64,000 nucleotides of DNA, taken from positions 33,480,001 through 33,544,000 of the forward strand of contig OX597829.1 of NCBI GenBank assembly GCA_951406725.2, read 5' to 3'. Positions within the stretch are counted from its first letter, which is position 1. Each line of letters begins with the position of its first letter. The notes below the pieces were generated by a model, which worked only from the letters and a program-made list of their open reading frames with translations, made no database searches and was not told the DNA's origin. The translations under genes were made by a program, and so were the position numbers. The stretch is from Octopus vulgaris. Lineage: Eukaryota. Below are positions 1-13,339 of this stretch, piece by piece.

Positions 1-2189
1 CAGTTAAATGGCTGAACTAAAGTTCTATTATTTAACTTTCAATTATCAAAAGTTTTCTCATCATTACTATTGTTTAATGCTTACAGGGTGGGTTCAAGTG
101 ACTGGATGAAGAAAAATGCTGGATAACAAATCCTATCACCCTCACTAATTCTGTCATTCATAGTCCATTTTACTTGAGTAAATCACATTATCAGGCGTAA
201 TATAGCAAACTATTGGCTGAAATGTATAGCCATTTTACTGATGCCCCCTACCCCACTCCAACCCAAGTAAATCTCTTTTATTCTGTAGCACTTGCATCTT
301 GATTTTTACATTTTGTAATGCTAAATATCCAAGGACAAATAATTTGCTATTGTCCTTAGTGTGATGAATACTGCTATCATATTCTCACTCCATTTCAGCT
401 AGCCATCTTCTATGAGTCCTTAATCTGTTTTTGATCTGCATAGGATCATCGCTGGAACAGAGGATGGGGCCAACAGTAATGGACAAGAGGACGAAGCCGG
501 CAGGAACATACCAGGAACTGAGGCCAGTCCTGAAGTCCCACGGTGGTCACAGAGGGAGTGGTGCCCTCCTCGCTGGTTGGCTGATTACGAGACGAGTTAA
601 GGCGTGTGGTCAGGGTTGAGAAGAGGGTGTGGGCAGGTTGATTGAATGATCTTCAGATCAGGTGGGGCCTGTGTTGTAGGGAAGGATCAGAAGTGAGGGA
701 GTAGGCATGTCCTGTCAGAAGTGGGGCCTGTGAATTCCACCAGAAGTGCCGTGGTGGACATGAGGCATCAGCGAAGCACAAGGGGTCAGACAGTGGCGAA
801 TAGCACATCAGAGCGGACATGTGAGACTGTACAGCGACAGATAGTGCACGTGGACCTGGAGTAAATCTTGGAGATTGAGACAGCACGTGGATGTTGAAAG
901 TGACTCTTTTCCAGACCGAAAGTTAAGACTACCATAATTCTCTCTTCACTTCTGTCTTTTTCTTCCTTTACATCACACACTTGCTTTCTTGATTTTTGCA
1001 TTTTGTAATGCTAAATATCCAAGGACAAATAATTTGCTATTGTCCTTAGTTACATGTGTGATCATACTCTCACTCCATTTCAGCTAGCCATCTTCTATGA
1101 GTCCTTAATCTTCAAAAAGCACCATTCTTCAATTGTATTTCCTCTTTCCAAGCATAACATTATAAATCTAAAATACAATTGAAAGATTATGTATCTGTAG
1201 ACCATTGACTTTTGAGCTCATTGATCTAAAAATATCAATCATCCCCACTTAAGACTTCCCTGATAAAGTTAAACTTAACTGTCTCATACTCAACAAAAAT
1301 GCCAATGTTCTTTTCGAGTATTTATTGATTCAGTAACATTATTTACAGTACCTTCACAAGTGTTGGCTCAATTGATCTCATCAGAAAATTACAGAAAAAA
1401 AATTGATTTGAAGAGAGAGATTTGTCCAGTATTAAATATGTCAAAGATATTGTATCACTTTGTCTGCTTGCACTCTTAGACTGGCTACATTTTGAGACGT
1501 TAAGGTTGCAGCTATGGATTTAGGCATGAATAGAGCTTTTCTATTATTTAATCTCTGACAGTTGAAAGGCCTCAGATAATTTCTCCTTTTGAACTACTTT
1601 ATATTATTTAACTTCCGGCTGTTGAAAATTATTGAATAATTTACCTTATAATAAAAATATTCTCGGATTTTATGAAAAATAATAATTGAACATTGTTATA
1701 TTTTGGAATGGTTATTTTTACCTTGCCAAAAAAACAAAAAACAACACATGCACTATATATTTGTTCTTAACTTGTTTATTAAATAGTTCTTACATCTTAT
1801 GCCTATTGTCTGGAAATCTCTTGTCACACACCTGTGACCTCTTCAGAAACTCATCCATCCATGTGTATACTCTTATTCTATCTTTCTATGATGTATATCC
1901 TTATCTGCACATGCATTTGTGTCTGTATCTGTGTATATGTGTGTGTGTGTGTTCATGTGTGTAAACATGTCTATGCATTTTGTATGCGTGTTTGTGTGTA
2001 CATGGGTTTGCTTACTATGTTGCTTGTATCCATGCTGTTTACATAGAATTTTTTCATTTGTTTACTTGTTTATCTCTATTTCTTATCTTTCATAAGTATG
2101 TGAATGTTTGTTTTTTGTGTATATATTATACTGTTTGTATCTGGGTCCTTTTTTTTCCTTCTGTCTTTAGTCATCATGTCGTGTGGTGT

Positions 2190-2690
2190 GATGGTGGCAG
2201 GTATTATTGTTCCATTCATGTTTTCTGTTGATGCCTGGTCTGCCTATTACTATGTGTGTGGCCTCCATAATCTGTCGTGTTGATAATACCTTAACCTCTA
2301 TGAGACTCTATGTTCTACTTGAGTATGTTGGTAGAGCACTGATTAGCTTTTCTCTTCTTTGAGCTCCCACCAGTGTTCACCTGTTCATTCCCTTATGCTA
2401 TGTACTGTCTCCCCAATATAATTTGTTGTTTTGTTTCTGCACCGTCTCTCAGTACATCGTAAGCTATAGACTACATTCTTAATCTTATAGTTAACCTGCG
2501 GGTTCATCCTGCATACTATACAATTGTTCTCCATACATGGGGACCTATCAATGGGGTAAGTTCTACAGATCAAGGATTTTATTGGGGTTCCTGACCTTCC
2601 TTCTACTTTAATCCATAGATTGCCTTATCTAATGCTTTTCTAAAAAGGTATGCTAGTTTGCTGCTTGGGGTGAATGACTGTGACAGTCTG
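2190..2690 (-). mobile_element. Degenerate PLE 3' fragment (Cys-rich linker + GIY-YIG; Neptune-like)
   Basis: ORF 2385-2573 CMENNCIVC...NVVYSLRC...NYIGETVHSIRE; similar to the 54219-54479 segment. Confidence 0.75.
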
Positions 2691-3589
2691 GTATTTTTGA
2701 TGTCATATCCATCTTATATAATGCATGTGTTTTTTGGCAAGGAAAAAAATTACCACCCTGAAATATAACAATATCTGTTTCAACACACAATTTCACATCA
2801 GGAATCTTGCAAAACAAATTCATAAAAATAATGGAATAGTTTCTGTTATTTTAACCCATAAAAAAATTCCAAATTAAATTGATGCTGAAACTTAGCTGTA
2901 CATGCTTACACACACATGCACACACAAATACATACACACACACACACGACACAGACACATGCCTCACACACAGAGGATACATGCACACGGTACATACATG
3001 ATACATGTATACACAGAATCACATGCACACACACACATACACAACACACAAACACGAAAAGGAAAAAAATTCCTTGCCAGTCAAAGAAGTAGGCTGGAAC
3101 ATAAATGCACAAAAATTTTAATTCTTCCATCAACTGCCAAACAAAACAGTCTTGTTCTTTTTTGTATCCATTTCTTGCCTGTGTCCTGCAGACTCAGTGA
3201 TATTACATTGTATGGTTTTAATCTTACAAAATTGTTTATACAGGCTACTCCCTTTTTCTTAACTTGCATTTTCTTTCTGAATTACAACAGAAAAAAAAAA
3301 AAAAGAAATTATCTGTGTTGTCTGCAATAAAATTCAAACATGAAAAAATATTGATCATGTTTCAGAATCATTAGAGTGCCTCTCAAAATGCCTTTCAGTA
3401 TTTAGTTGTGGATGTTAACTTTCTGAGTTCAAATCCTGTAACGGTCAATTTTGTCTTTCATCTTTTTACAGGCAGTAATAAAGTATCAGCCAAGTTCTGG
3501 CAGCCAATGCATTCTAGATACAAAAGGAATTATATTAGAAAAGGTAATATGAAAATATCAGGTCATGCATATCCTAGAAGGACTTGTCC

Positions 3590-3995
3590 CAAACTGTGGC
3601 ATCGAGAGTTACACAAATACTAGAACTGGGCGCCACTGCATAGTGTCAAGGACTCCACTTTGCCATCAAGATGTAGGACAAGATACTGTGATAGCCTGGG
3701 ATTCAGTGTCCCACAGCTCTTCAATATCCTCCCAAAGAACCTGAGAGATCTGCATGGGGTGGATGCAGATGTCTTTAAAATAAAACTGGATCTCTTCCTG
3801 TCAGGTGTCCCAGATGAACCAACTTTATGGTAGGAGGTGCAGATGAGGGCAGCTGCATTGAACTCTCTCATGCACCAAATGGCAATTGCTAAAAAGCATT
3901 CGTGAAGTAAAATCATGTAGCAACACCAAATGGCAGTGCCCCAGCATGGCTACAGCTCATGAGCTGAAACTAGATAAAATAAAATAAAAATAAAA
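3590..3995 (+). mobile_element. 3' end of the same CR1-like LINE family
   Basis: aagaacctgagagatctgcatggggtggatgcagatgtctttaaaataaaactggatctc...gtcccagatgaaccaac matches the reverse complement of 61250-61500; A-rich tail. Confidence 0.8.
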
Positions 3996-4504
3996 CCAAT
4001 TTAGTTTCCCAATAAAAATGCTGTGTGTGAATGAGAACAAACGGCTTGCCAAATGATATTGGCAGTGAACAGATTACAAAGAACATTCTAATTGGTTGAC
4101 AGATAAAGTCTCCATAACAACAGGTTATTTGGTAAATTTTTTTGTAAGAAAAAGATTCATAAAGAATCAGCTGATGTGATATGTCTGAGGAGTTGCTGTT
4201 AATACTGATTCATCAGATCTATCATAAATATTCTGTTCATGATAATCCAGTCTTGTCAGACATATAATATGAAGGAATACATCATGTCCCTGATGTTGTT
4301 CAAGTATCACCGTCCTGGATCCAGCTTGACTATCCAGTCATCAAGTAATTTTACAGCCATCACTTATCTTGTTTTTGCTTAATCATCTAAATGGAAAACC
4401 TGGAGTTTGATAGCCAAAAAATAAAGGTATTTTTGTGGCCATCTCATCTTTTATTAGACATAATGTATCTTAGTAAGTCAAGGCCAACTCTAATCCAGCA
4501 TGTT

Positions 4505-4795
4505 GTTGTTTGTTCCTTCTTGAGCCATGCCTGGCTCATAAGGGCTGGTTTCCCGGTTTCATTGGTGTATAGGTTCCCCACCTGGATGGGATGCCTGTCC
4601 GTCACAATGAGTTGCTACATGCAGGAGGAAAGAGTGAAAGTTGTGGTGAAAGAGTCAGCAGAAGTTTGCCATTACTTTCTGCTAGAGCCGTGTGGAACTT
4701 CGGTGTTTCGCTCATAAACCAGTCTGAGATTCAAACTTGCGATCCTTTGACAGTGAGTCCGCTGCTCTAACCACTAGGCCATGTGCCTCCACCAC
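4505..4795 (-). mobile_element. tRNA-derived SINE related to 30735-31102
   Basis: Shared gaaagttgtggtgaaa..gt.cagcag and head (minus) ggaggcacatggcctagtggttagagcagcggactcac. Confidence 0.7.
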
Positions 4796-5385
4796 CAGCA
4801 TACCTATGATGAAAGGCTCCCCAGCTATGACAAAACCATCTTTTTTTTCTAATATTGTGTACTTCAGTTAACCAAGGTAACTCTATGTCACAAGGGGAGT
4901 GAACTTCTTCTATGCAAAAAGTACAATAATTTCAAAGCAACATCCTAAAGATTGTAAAATACAAATTTAAAGAAATTTTGGAAATTTATGATTTTTTTCT
5001 GCCCATCCCTCCAGCCACCTCCTTTCTGGACCGATTTTGACCAATTCTTTTTTTGCATTATGCACTTAAAAACGATGTGGGAAGCCTTTTTGGTTACAAA
5101 ACAATAATAAAAAACTGAAGATATTTTTAGGTAAAAAGGTGTGTAATTTCAGGAAAATTTAGCTGTTGTTTCTAGCACATTCGACGACCACCTGGCATCT
5201 TCCTCGTTTCTTCACCCATGGCACTAAGCGAGTTCGTACGCGCGCGCGTTTGTGTGTGTGTGTGGGGGGGGGGTAAGAAAAAACATTTACTAACAGGAAA
5301 GTATTCTGTTAAAAAGTTTTGAAAATTTGATTTTTTTTAACCTCTCCCCCACCCCGTTTATAATTTTAAAATATTGATGAACCAT

Positions 5386-5780
5386 AGGCACAGAAGTGGC
5401 TGTGTGGTAAGTAGCTTATTTACCAACCACATGGTTCCGGGTTCAGTCCCACTGCGTGGCACCTTGGGCAAGTGTCTTCTACTATAGCCTCGGGCCGACC
5501 AAAGCCTTGTGAGTGGATTTGGTAGACGGAAACTGAAAGAAGCCTGTCGTATATATGTATATATTTATATGCGTGTGTGTGTGTGTTTGTCCCCCTAGCA
5601 TTGCTTGACAACCGATGCTGGTGTGTTTATGTACCCGTTACTTAGCGGTTCGGCAAAAGAGACCGATAGAATAAGTACTGGGCTTACAAAAAGAATAAGT
5701 CCCGGGGTCGAGTTGCTCGATTAAAGGCTCCAGCATGGCCGCAGTCAAATGACTGAAACAAGTAAAAAAGAAAAAAAAAA
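5386..5780 (+). mobile_element. Full-length tRNA-derived SINE
   Basis: A box gtggctgtgtggtaag, B-box-like ggttcagtcc, body gcaccttgggcaagtgtcttctactatagcc, tail cagcatggccgcagtcaaatgactgaaacaagtaaaa; several related copies in the window. Confidence 0.85.
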
Positions 5781-5859
5781 CTAAGAAAATCATTGCCAGG
5801 ATTTATCCAGTCATTTAAAAAAAGGTATGTATTCTGTTAGTAAATACGTTTTTTTTCTT

Positions 5860-6380
5860 ACATATCTACGCGCGCGCGCGCATACGCGCACACAAGGATT
5901 CGGTTGGTGCGATGGGGTGGTGGTGGTGTTAAAAATTTAAGTTACCGATTTTTTTTGTGTTGTTGCTTAAATCCCAGCAATGGACCACTCTTGAGCTAAA
6001 ACAAAACCCGTGTGTTACTTCCGCATCATCATCATTCCATTAAATGTGTTTCTGGGAAGAAAGAAAAATATTGGAAAACATAAATACATTGACAAAAGAA
6101 ACGAAAAAAGGTATCAGGTGGTCGTTAGATGTGCAAGAAACAATAGCTAAAATCTCCCTTAAATCACACAGTTTTCCGTCTGAAAATATTTTCAAATTTA
6201 AAAAAAAATTTTTTTTTTTAACGGAAAAGGCTCCCGCCATCGTTTTAAAGTGAGTAGCGCCCCATCAAATTGGCCAGAATCGATCTGGAGGGGGCGTAGG
6301 GGAGGTGTGGTAGAAAATTCCCGTCAAAACGGAAAAAATCCAATTATGTGGGCGTCCTGATCCAAATCTCCGCCTAATAA
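5860..6380 (+). promoter_or_regulatory. Candidate promoter / 5' non-coding exon region of the gene
   Basis: Locally CpG-rich in a CpG-poor window. ACTTCCG (ETS-like) near 6017, CCGCCAT (YY1-like) near 6234, possible donor AA|GTGAGT at 6250, and possible acceptors (catttag/ctgcag) just before ATG 7628. Inference only. Confidence 0.3.
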
Positions 6381-6576
<196 letters not shown>

Positions 6577-7627
6577 GTGGTGGTTTAATAAAGTATGTGA
6601 TTGAGTATTATCTGGTAATTGATATTTGATTTAGATGTGTTTCTCCATTTTCTTATCTTGTATATATATACACACACACACATATATATATACATACATA
6701 CATACATACATGTGTGTGTGTGTGTGTGTATTAATCTCCAATCGCCAACTGACGAAGAGATCGACCAGAGTGCAAGGTGCTCGTAAAATAATAAAATATG
6801 ACCAGTGTGTGGTGTGTGTGTGTGTGTATGTGTGTGTGTGTGTGTGCGTGCGTATACACATACACACACACATAATATATAATATACATACATACACATA
6901 CATATATAATATAATATAATATAACATAACATAAAGGATTACATTATCCAAAGTCTCCCTCCAATTTTAAGATCTTTTAAGACTGTAAAGTGCGATTTAA
7001 GGAAGATTTAGTTGCTTTTCTTTCTTTTATCTAGCAGATCGAATGACCATGTGGAAAATCCTTTATTGGCTACGCTTAATAACTATCATTATCTATGTTT
7101 TCATACTCCCGACCTCTCTCTGTAGCTAGCTCCTCTTCAATCTGTGTCCACTCCACCTTTCTTCTTTCCCCCTTTCATTATTTATCTCTCGTTCTGTCTG
7201 TCCGTCTCTCCTTTCCTTTTTCATTCACTTATCCCTCTTTCTTAACATCAGCTCTCTTTTCCTCGCCTTTTATCAGAATCACACACATACACACATAAAA
7301 AATTACATACATACACGTCTACACTCAACACACGCATACACCCAGTTACGCACACATATCTAGACTTAATCATACACGAGTTTATCAACACCCAATCACT
7401 CACGCACATTCACATATACACACACACACACACATACACATATACTCAACTCCTCTCCTACATGCAGACAGACACACGCATACATTTCTGCATTCAATGA
7501 TAACACGCGCACACATACATTTACACCCAATTCCCCACAGACAGACAGACAGACAGACAGACACGGGCACATATACAGACACACATGCACATTTTCTACA
7601 TTGCACCATTTAGCTGCAGTGGCAAAG

Positions 7628-7789
7628 ATGACTGACGAAAGACCAGTGCTGCACAGTCGTGTAGTAGGTCTTTTAATAGTGAGTATTTTCTCAGCAGCCT
7701 TCAGCGCTGAAGTTTTTCGGATACTGGAAGACAATGTAACCGACGTAACCAGCTACACGACGACTACCACCACAAACAACATCATTGTT

Positions 7790-7824
<35 letters not shown>

Positions 7825-9270
7825 TAACAACAACAACAGTAGTAGCACCCCCACCACTATCATCAAGAACAAGAACAAAAGATGTAACAGTACAACAAGC
7901 AAGAGAGCTACCACTAACACGGACAGTAGCATTGACAACAAAAAGGACATAAGTAGCACCTCTGAATACAAAAACGTAGAGTTCATTGTGGTCCGAGATG
8001 AGAGCGATGAGAATGGTGCAGAAAAGGAAATAATTATAAAAGCTGATAGCAGTGGTGAAACTGGTGATGGTGGCTCTGATGCTGGTGATGGTGATAATGT
8101 TGGTGGTCATCATTGGCAGAACGGCATCAGTGGTACCAACAGTAAAAGCGGTTATATCATTGTTACGTATGATTACGGGAACAATAACGCCAACAACAGA
8201 AGCGGTAGCTTCAAAGATAGCAAAGGTAGTTCTAGCGGGAAACATAGCGCAAGGGACCACAGCGATAGAAACAACAACAACAACGACAGCAACAATATAA
8301 ATGGTGAAAGCAATAAAAGAAACATCAACAGTAACAACAACAACAACAACAGCAACAACAACCACAATCACAAAAACATCATTATCAGTGATGACAGTAG
8401 GAATGAGAGCAAAAATAGTAACCCCAACATCAACGAACCTAATAGCAAAAGAAGGAAACACAAAAGCCCCAAGAACAATGGTATCAAGAAAACAAAGAAA
8501 AGAATCATTAATAGCTTGGATGAAATTGTCAGTATCCACAAAAGAAATAGTAACAACGAGAACAATAGTGTTAGCAGTACCAACCACAACAACAGTAAAA
8601 ATAACTTTAGGAGGAACAACAGAACTAACTATACCAATAAGAGCAATAACGTTAGAAGCTTTAACAATTACAGCAACAACATCAGTAGTACCGAAAGTAG
8701 TGGCAGCAGCAGCGGTAGTAGTAGGGGTAAAATTAATCATGATGGTAACATTAATAACTATGGCAACAACAGTGACACAAGTTTTAGTAAAAGAATCAAT
8801 TCACGAAGGAGAAAACATAGAAGCATTAATAGAGATGATGGGGACATTAGTAATTTTGCTGCTAGCACCAGTTATAAACGTTTTACCATTAACATTGGTA
8901 AGAGTAATGTTAGCAAAAGTGTTGTCAAAAAAGTTAAAACTAAACGAGACCTTCACTTTCAAGCCACACAGGGCAACAAGGTATCCAATGATTGTGATAG
9001 CGCTTCATCAATCCATGGCCAAGACTTGGCGCTGAAAAAAAATTTGTGTGAATATGAAGCGTTCATACAAACCGTCATGAAATGTCGGAATATACCAGCT
9101 GTGTCAATTGCTATGGTGAAAAATGGTGAGGTTTTATTATCCAAAGGATTTGGACTAGCAGACAGAGAGAAAGGCATCCGGAATGACAAGAATATAAAAT
9201 TCTTCATTGGATCTGTCACTAAAGGATTCACAACAACACTACTTGCAAAGCTGTTATCAGACACAACTAA
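7628..9270 (+). CDS. Exon 1 (coding) of a secreted serine beta-lactamase/PBP-like protein (gigasin-6-like): signal peptide, Asn/Ser-rich region, start of catalytic domain with SxxK
   Basis: ATG at 7628 gives MTDERPVLHSRVVGLLIVSIFSAAFSA (signal-like). The frame stays open to ...IPAVSIAMVKNGEVLLSKGFGLAD...FFIGSVTKGFTTTLLAKLL, typical of the beta-lactamase family (SVTK at 9212-9223). Donor AA|GTAAGT at 9271, phase 2. Confidence 0.9.
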
Positions 9271-11459
9271 GTAAGTGTTAGAATTTTTGTAACTTTTGTT
9301 GTTGCTTTGCTGTCGAATTAGCCCAGATTAAAGAACCTATGGTCAAAGGTATTGAGACATAATGTGCCTAGAAGTACCTTATCATTTGTATCCTTTGTTT
9401 GCATTATTATTTAATTCCAGAGTAAGCCTTGTTTAGCACTCTTATGATCAAAGGTATCAAAGCGTATAGTCTAGTGGATAAGGTATTAAGGTTCATAATT
9501 ATTAAGTCATGTGTTAAATTCTCAGATTGAATGTCACATTGTGTTCTTGAATAAAGCACTTTATTTCATGTTACTCTGGTATATGCAGTTGAAAATAAGT
9601 TCCAGTGGGCACTTTGGGTAGGGATTAACACTGATAAACTGGTGTTGAGTTCAGGATGTATACCAGTCCATCACAGAGTTAACCCTTCAACTTAAACATC
9701 TTGAAAAACTCCTGTTTTATGAATTTATAGGCTTGATGTAAAATTACCATCAAATATGCTCCAACTGTGACAATCCTGTTTTTTTTTTTCATCCTAACAT
9801 AATGTACCTTAAACTACATTATCCACCGTGTTCTTTGTTGTCTAACCCCAGGCAAACCCCTATCCAGCAGACATAGAATCAAAGTTATTCTAGCCATGAC
9901 TGACCCCTCTTTTATTCAATCATAGTATATCTATAGAACTACAATATCCGCTGTATTTCATCTTGATTTTGTAGTTATTGATCATCCCCAGGTGATCACT
10001 GATCCAGCAGACAAAGACATTCCACCTGCTATGACCATCCTATCTTCCTTTTATTTGAAGTTATTATATCTTGGATTGCATTATTTCAACATTCTTATCT
10101 AGCAAAATTATTATCAAAGCTTTCCAACTGTGACCATCTTGTTTTTATAACAGTAGAGTATGATTTGAAGAAAATTTAGCTGCTATTTTCATTGGGAGAG
10201 ATTCTATGTGGCCATTTGTCTAGTATCCTTATTGCTAGATTATGCTTGTTAGTAAGTTATCAAAACTATCATGTCACCCTGTAAGTGATATTTATCAAAA
10301 TATGTTTTCTTTTCTATATTTCCCATGGACTGTGAGATAAAGATTTTAGGCCACTGCCACAGAGTTAAAAAATCCAATCTTACAATATCCACTGTTTTGT
10401 GTTATTTGTTTGATAAGCCACTTGTAACTATGTTTGTTCTTGAGTCTGCTTGACATCATTCTAAATAGCTAGTGATAGAAATAGCATGCAGCTGTCAAAA
10501 AGCAAACTCTGCAGAGTATTGATAGAAATAGTAAAACAATTTTTTTTTTTTTTTTTTATGGCTTATTTAAAAGGAAGGAACATTGCTAGTGGAAACTATA
10601 GGCGAAGTAAATATCTACTGTATCATTTTCACAAGTCTCAGAAGACTGCAAAGTTGTATGAAAATTCTGGATGAGTAGGAGAGTCTAAAGTATAGTGAGA
10701 AGTTCTTATGTAAGACACAGTATGAGTGATGTGAGTAAGAGAGATTTAGATGACTCAAGTCAGCAACTTGCTAGTTTAGATGAGAAGGCAAGCAACAACT
10801 ACTCTAAATATGTGGATCAGAGGTTGAAATATCATATTTGATGGTATAAAAGGTGCATGAGAATATTAGACACACTGCAATTCCAGCAGTGTATATTCAG
10901 AAATAAAATATTAGTGCATTAAAGGATGCACTAGGTCTAACTTTGCATTTAGGAGCTAGAGGGAATTTTTGAGACATTTTGGGTAGAAAAAGTATATATG
11001 CCATTAAAAATTGTATATGCCATTAAAAATACAGTATGCTGATGAATGAATCTTTGTCAATCAATTGGATGGCCTGCTTTTGTGTGCAGCTTATGATATT
11101 TCTATGTGTGTCCCAAGTGTTGGAGTAGTACTCCTTTCTGGGTTTTATTCAAGTGTTTTAGAGGATCTGCAAGTGTTGTAGTCTGCTGAAATATTTCTTG
11201 AATCAGAAGTCTTTAGACTATGGTAAAAAGGTATTTGTGAGTGTGTAACTGCATCACTTGTGTGGGAACTGTGTGTTGGCTTGGGTCCTGGCTCCTAAAT
11301 GCAAAGTTGGGCCTATATTACATGCTTTAATACTCAAGAAATTTTTTCCTGAATATGCACTGCTGAAATTACAGTGTATATCTAATATACCTATGCATAT
11401 TTTATGACATCAAATATGGTCCTTTAACCTCTGATCCACATATGCACTGTTCACTACCT

Positions 11460-12070
11460 GCCTATTCAATTGTGATTAACAGAAAACCTCACAAAGAACA
11501 ACCATGGCATGAACCCAATGGCAGAACTCATAACTAATTTGACTTCATCCTTGCACCTCAAAAGTTAAAGTTCAGCATTGACTAGTATTTTCTCTGATGC
11601 AAATATCAAGTGGCCATGGTTGGTCCTAATGACAATGAGGTTCAAACTGAAAATGATTTATAAGAAAAGAGCTACACATATTCAATTTGATGTAGACAAG
11701 CTGAAAGATCTCGGGGTTGTGGCAGTGTTTGAGGTGACAATGGGTGGCAGATTTGCAGCCCTTTTTCTTTCTGGAAGCACTTCAGGAAATGGCTCTATAA
11801 TGTTATGGAGAAGGGGAAAGAAAAAAAAACCACAGGTCACTGATGACATCTTGGTGCTACATAATTTAAAATGGAACTGAGGAAGTTCAAGCTAATGGGT
11901 TAGAAGCAAGTCAGCAATGCAGCACCATGAATAGGGGAATTAGAAAGAAAGCGAGGAAAGCCAAAGAGTAATGGATAGTAGGCCAGTGCAAAATAATTGA
12001 AGCTGGAGTAAAGAAGGGCAACAGTGAGGTTGCTTATGAAACCCTCAAAATCCTAACAAAAACAAGGAAA
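11460..12070 (+). mobile_element. RTE-clade LINE fragment
   Basis: Decayed DFIL motif, LVLMTMRFKLK...FDVDKLKD...GRFAAL; typical endonuclease-to-RT linker. Confidence 0.55.
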
Positions 12071-13339
12071 CACCACAACTATCTTTTTCAAATATGTCTA
12101 CAATTTTTTAGGTAAATGTATGTAATGCAGTATCTGCCTGTGATTGTGGTTATTGTTGAATTGGGAAAATTTTGATTTCATTTCTTGGTGGAACTCATTC
12201 AGAAGTTTGGAAAGGTGATTTTGCTTTCTTTTTTTACTTTTGCTTTTTTTATGGTGGTGGTGGTGGTGGTGGTGGTGGGGGGGAGGCGTCTAGGTGTGTT
12301 GTGATGATGATAATTGATAAGTAGTGCCAGGAAAACGTGGAGAATTGTTTGCCATCTGGTTGTAGTACTTTGGTGTGTGGAGCAGAAATTAATGTCTAAG
12401 GAAAAATTGCTGTAGTAGTTAACTAGGTGGAGTATGCGTATGTGTGTGTTGATGTAGTTTGCTTAAGATGTGCAAAGTTTAGCTGTGAAGAAATTTTGTT
12501 TTCTCATTTGTTATCTGTGCAATTATAGGGAAGTCTGTCTGTCTGTCTGTCTATATGTGTGTGTGTGTGTGGGTGGGTGTGTGGGGGGACATGCATGCGC
12601 ACATGCACATGCATGCATTTTATGTTTGGCTGTTTGGCTATATGTTTTATGCTTGTATGTACACATACATGTATGAGAGGTCAATTGGAAAAACAATGTT
12701 TGTTGTCAATACTTTTGGAAGAAACAAACAAAGGGAGGTATTTAAAAAAAAACATTCATTTTTCATGCAGAAGTTAAGTGAGTTGCATGAAAATGCACAG
12801 CGAGTATAGTGAATGGGGGCATCTTTACTTGCAAAATCTGTATATGTGTATGCTTATCAATAAATGGGCTCATTAGTTACCAGTGGAGCAACAAGTGTAA
12901 AGTATAAATTTGTCTGAATGCACAATGTTCTTAATGGTCAGTGATGGTCTTCCTTGGTACAAGAGTGGACAACCATCATGTATGTATGTATGTATGTATG
13001 TATGTATGTGTGAGTGTGAGTGTGTGTGTGTATCATTATTCAGTTTTATTTCAAGATTTTTTGCCAATAGAAAAAGAGCTGGTTTCTAACCTAGATCCAA
13101 GGCACCCTCATTGGAATTTCAACATGAACAACAGGGTATTTTTGTATGTGTGTATGTATGTATGTATGTATGTATGTATGTATGTATGTATGTATGTATG
13201 TATGTATGTATGTATGTGTGTGTGTGTGTCAGTGTGTGTGTATGTATGTATGTATTTGTGCAGGTATGCATGTTTTGTTTTATATATGTATTCTCATACT
13301 TATAGTTGCATATATAGACATGCTCATATATATTTAAAT

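Noticed and set aside
7601-7627. TTG start given by the ORF track
   Set aside because: Eukaryotic gene; ATG at 7628 gives a sensible signal peptide and the upstream bases look like a splice acceptor region.
7691-8740. 349-aa antisense ORF and other overlapping ORFs over exon 1
   Set aside because: By-products of the trinucleotide codon pattern of the real + strand ORF; low-complexity Val/Leu translations with no motifs.
9000-9270. Bacterial contamination or an antibiotic-resistance gene
   Set aside because: The domain is split by four long spliceosomal introns with matching phases and embedded in host repeats.
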